A stretch of DNA of 63,603 nt, filler included, from Octopus bimaculoides (lineage: Eukaryota): assembly GCF_001194135.2 (NCBI RefSeq). It is 6 parts of 6 records of this genome, joined end to end, with 100 filler letters (N's around TTAATTAATTAA, not from the genome) between each part and the next. Parts side by side here need not be neighbours in the genome. Positions count along the whole stretch, not along the records: positions 62,022 to 63,603 come from NC_068987.1; 5 more parts are not named here. One strand, written 5' to 3'. A program made the translations under genes and the position numbers. The notes beneath the pieces were generated by a model, which saw only the letters and a program-made list of their open reading frames with translations, did no database searches and was not told the DNA's origin. This document shows, in pieces, positions 63,365 to 63,603 of this stretch (its first letter is position 1; each line of letters opens with the position of its first letter).

Positions 63365-63603
63365 TTTAGAAACTATGAAAAATCGCTAATGTTCCCTTCA
63401 AACAGCTTTTGTTACATTTATTCAAACCCCAAAGAATCCCTCTCGACATATGGCTATGATTCCCCCGCCCCACTATTCCTGCTCATGATCAGAGATGCAC
63501 ATACTGTCAGTCACTAAGGGACATGCTCAAAGTGGTTAAGGTCAAACAACTGACAAACAAATCTGTGATACTGAGCAGAATATTTGCAATAACGATATCT
63601 CTG
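63365..63603 (+). repeat. Second copy of 62022-62260, running off the window end
   Basis: Exact match. Confidence 0.92.

Noticed and set aside
62022-63603. Exact 239-bp duplication (62022-62260 and 63365-63603) as a real tandem or LTR pair
   Set aside because: It is 100% identical, the first copy starts exactly at a placeholder gap, and there are no LTR hallmarks. An assembly redundancy is more likely, though a young 1343-bp tandem unit cannot be excluded without long reads.

Overview
AT-rich, microsatellite-saturated eukaryotic non-coding DNA from a gapped draft assembly. It is most likely a cephalopod (octopus-like) genome, inferred from the SINE families, repeat density and TE content; the species cannot be shown from the sequence alone. 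I found no intact protein-coding gene, RNA gene or CRISPR array, and most ORFs in the track are microsatellite or N-run artefacts. The window is a transposon graveyard: R4/Dong-type non-LTR fragments beside (TAA)n tracts, a CR1-type RT remnant, three Helitron helicase remnants, four Tc1/mariner transposase remnants plus a mariner MITE, a probable Gypsy 3' LTR with its PPT, Penelope-like termini with a hammerhead-ribozyme-like core, and about 20 SINE copies or fragments (tRNA-like heads visible in several). The most interesting unexplained structures are three fold-back hairpins (one with 83-bp arms and a single mismatch), SINEs sharing a body but carrying different tails, and a degenerate ~97-bp repeat with paired GTTGCT-N9-GGCAAC sites. 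I see no convincing evidence of a new multi-gene system. Protein family calls come from motif recognition by eye, not database searches, and most boundaries are approximate.
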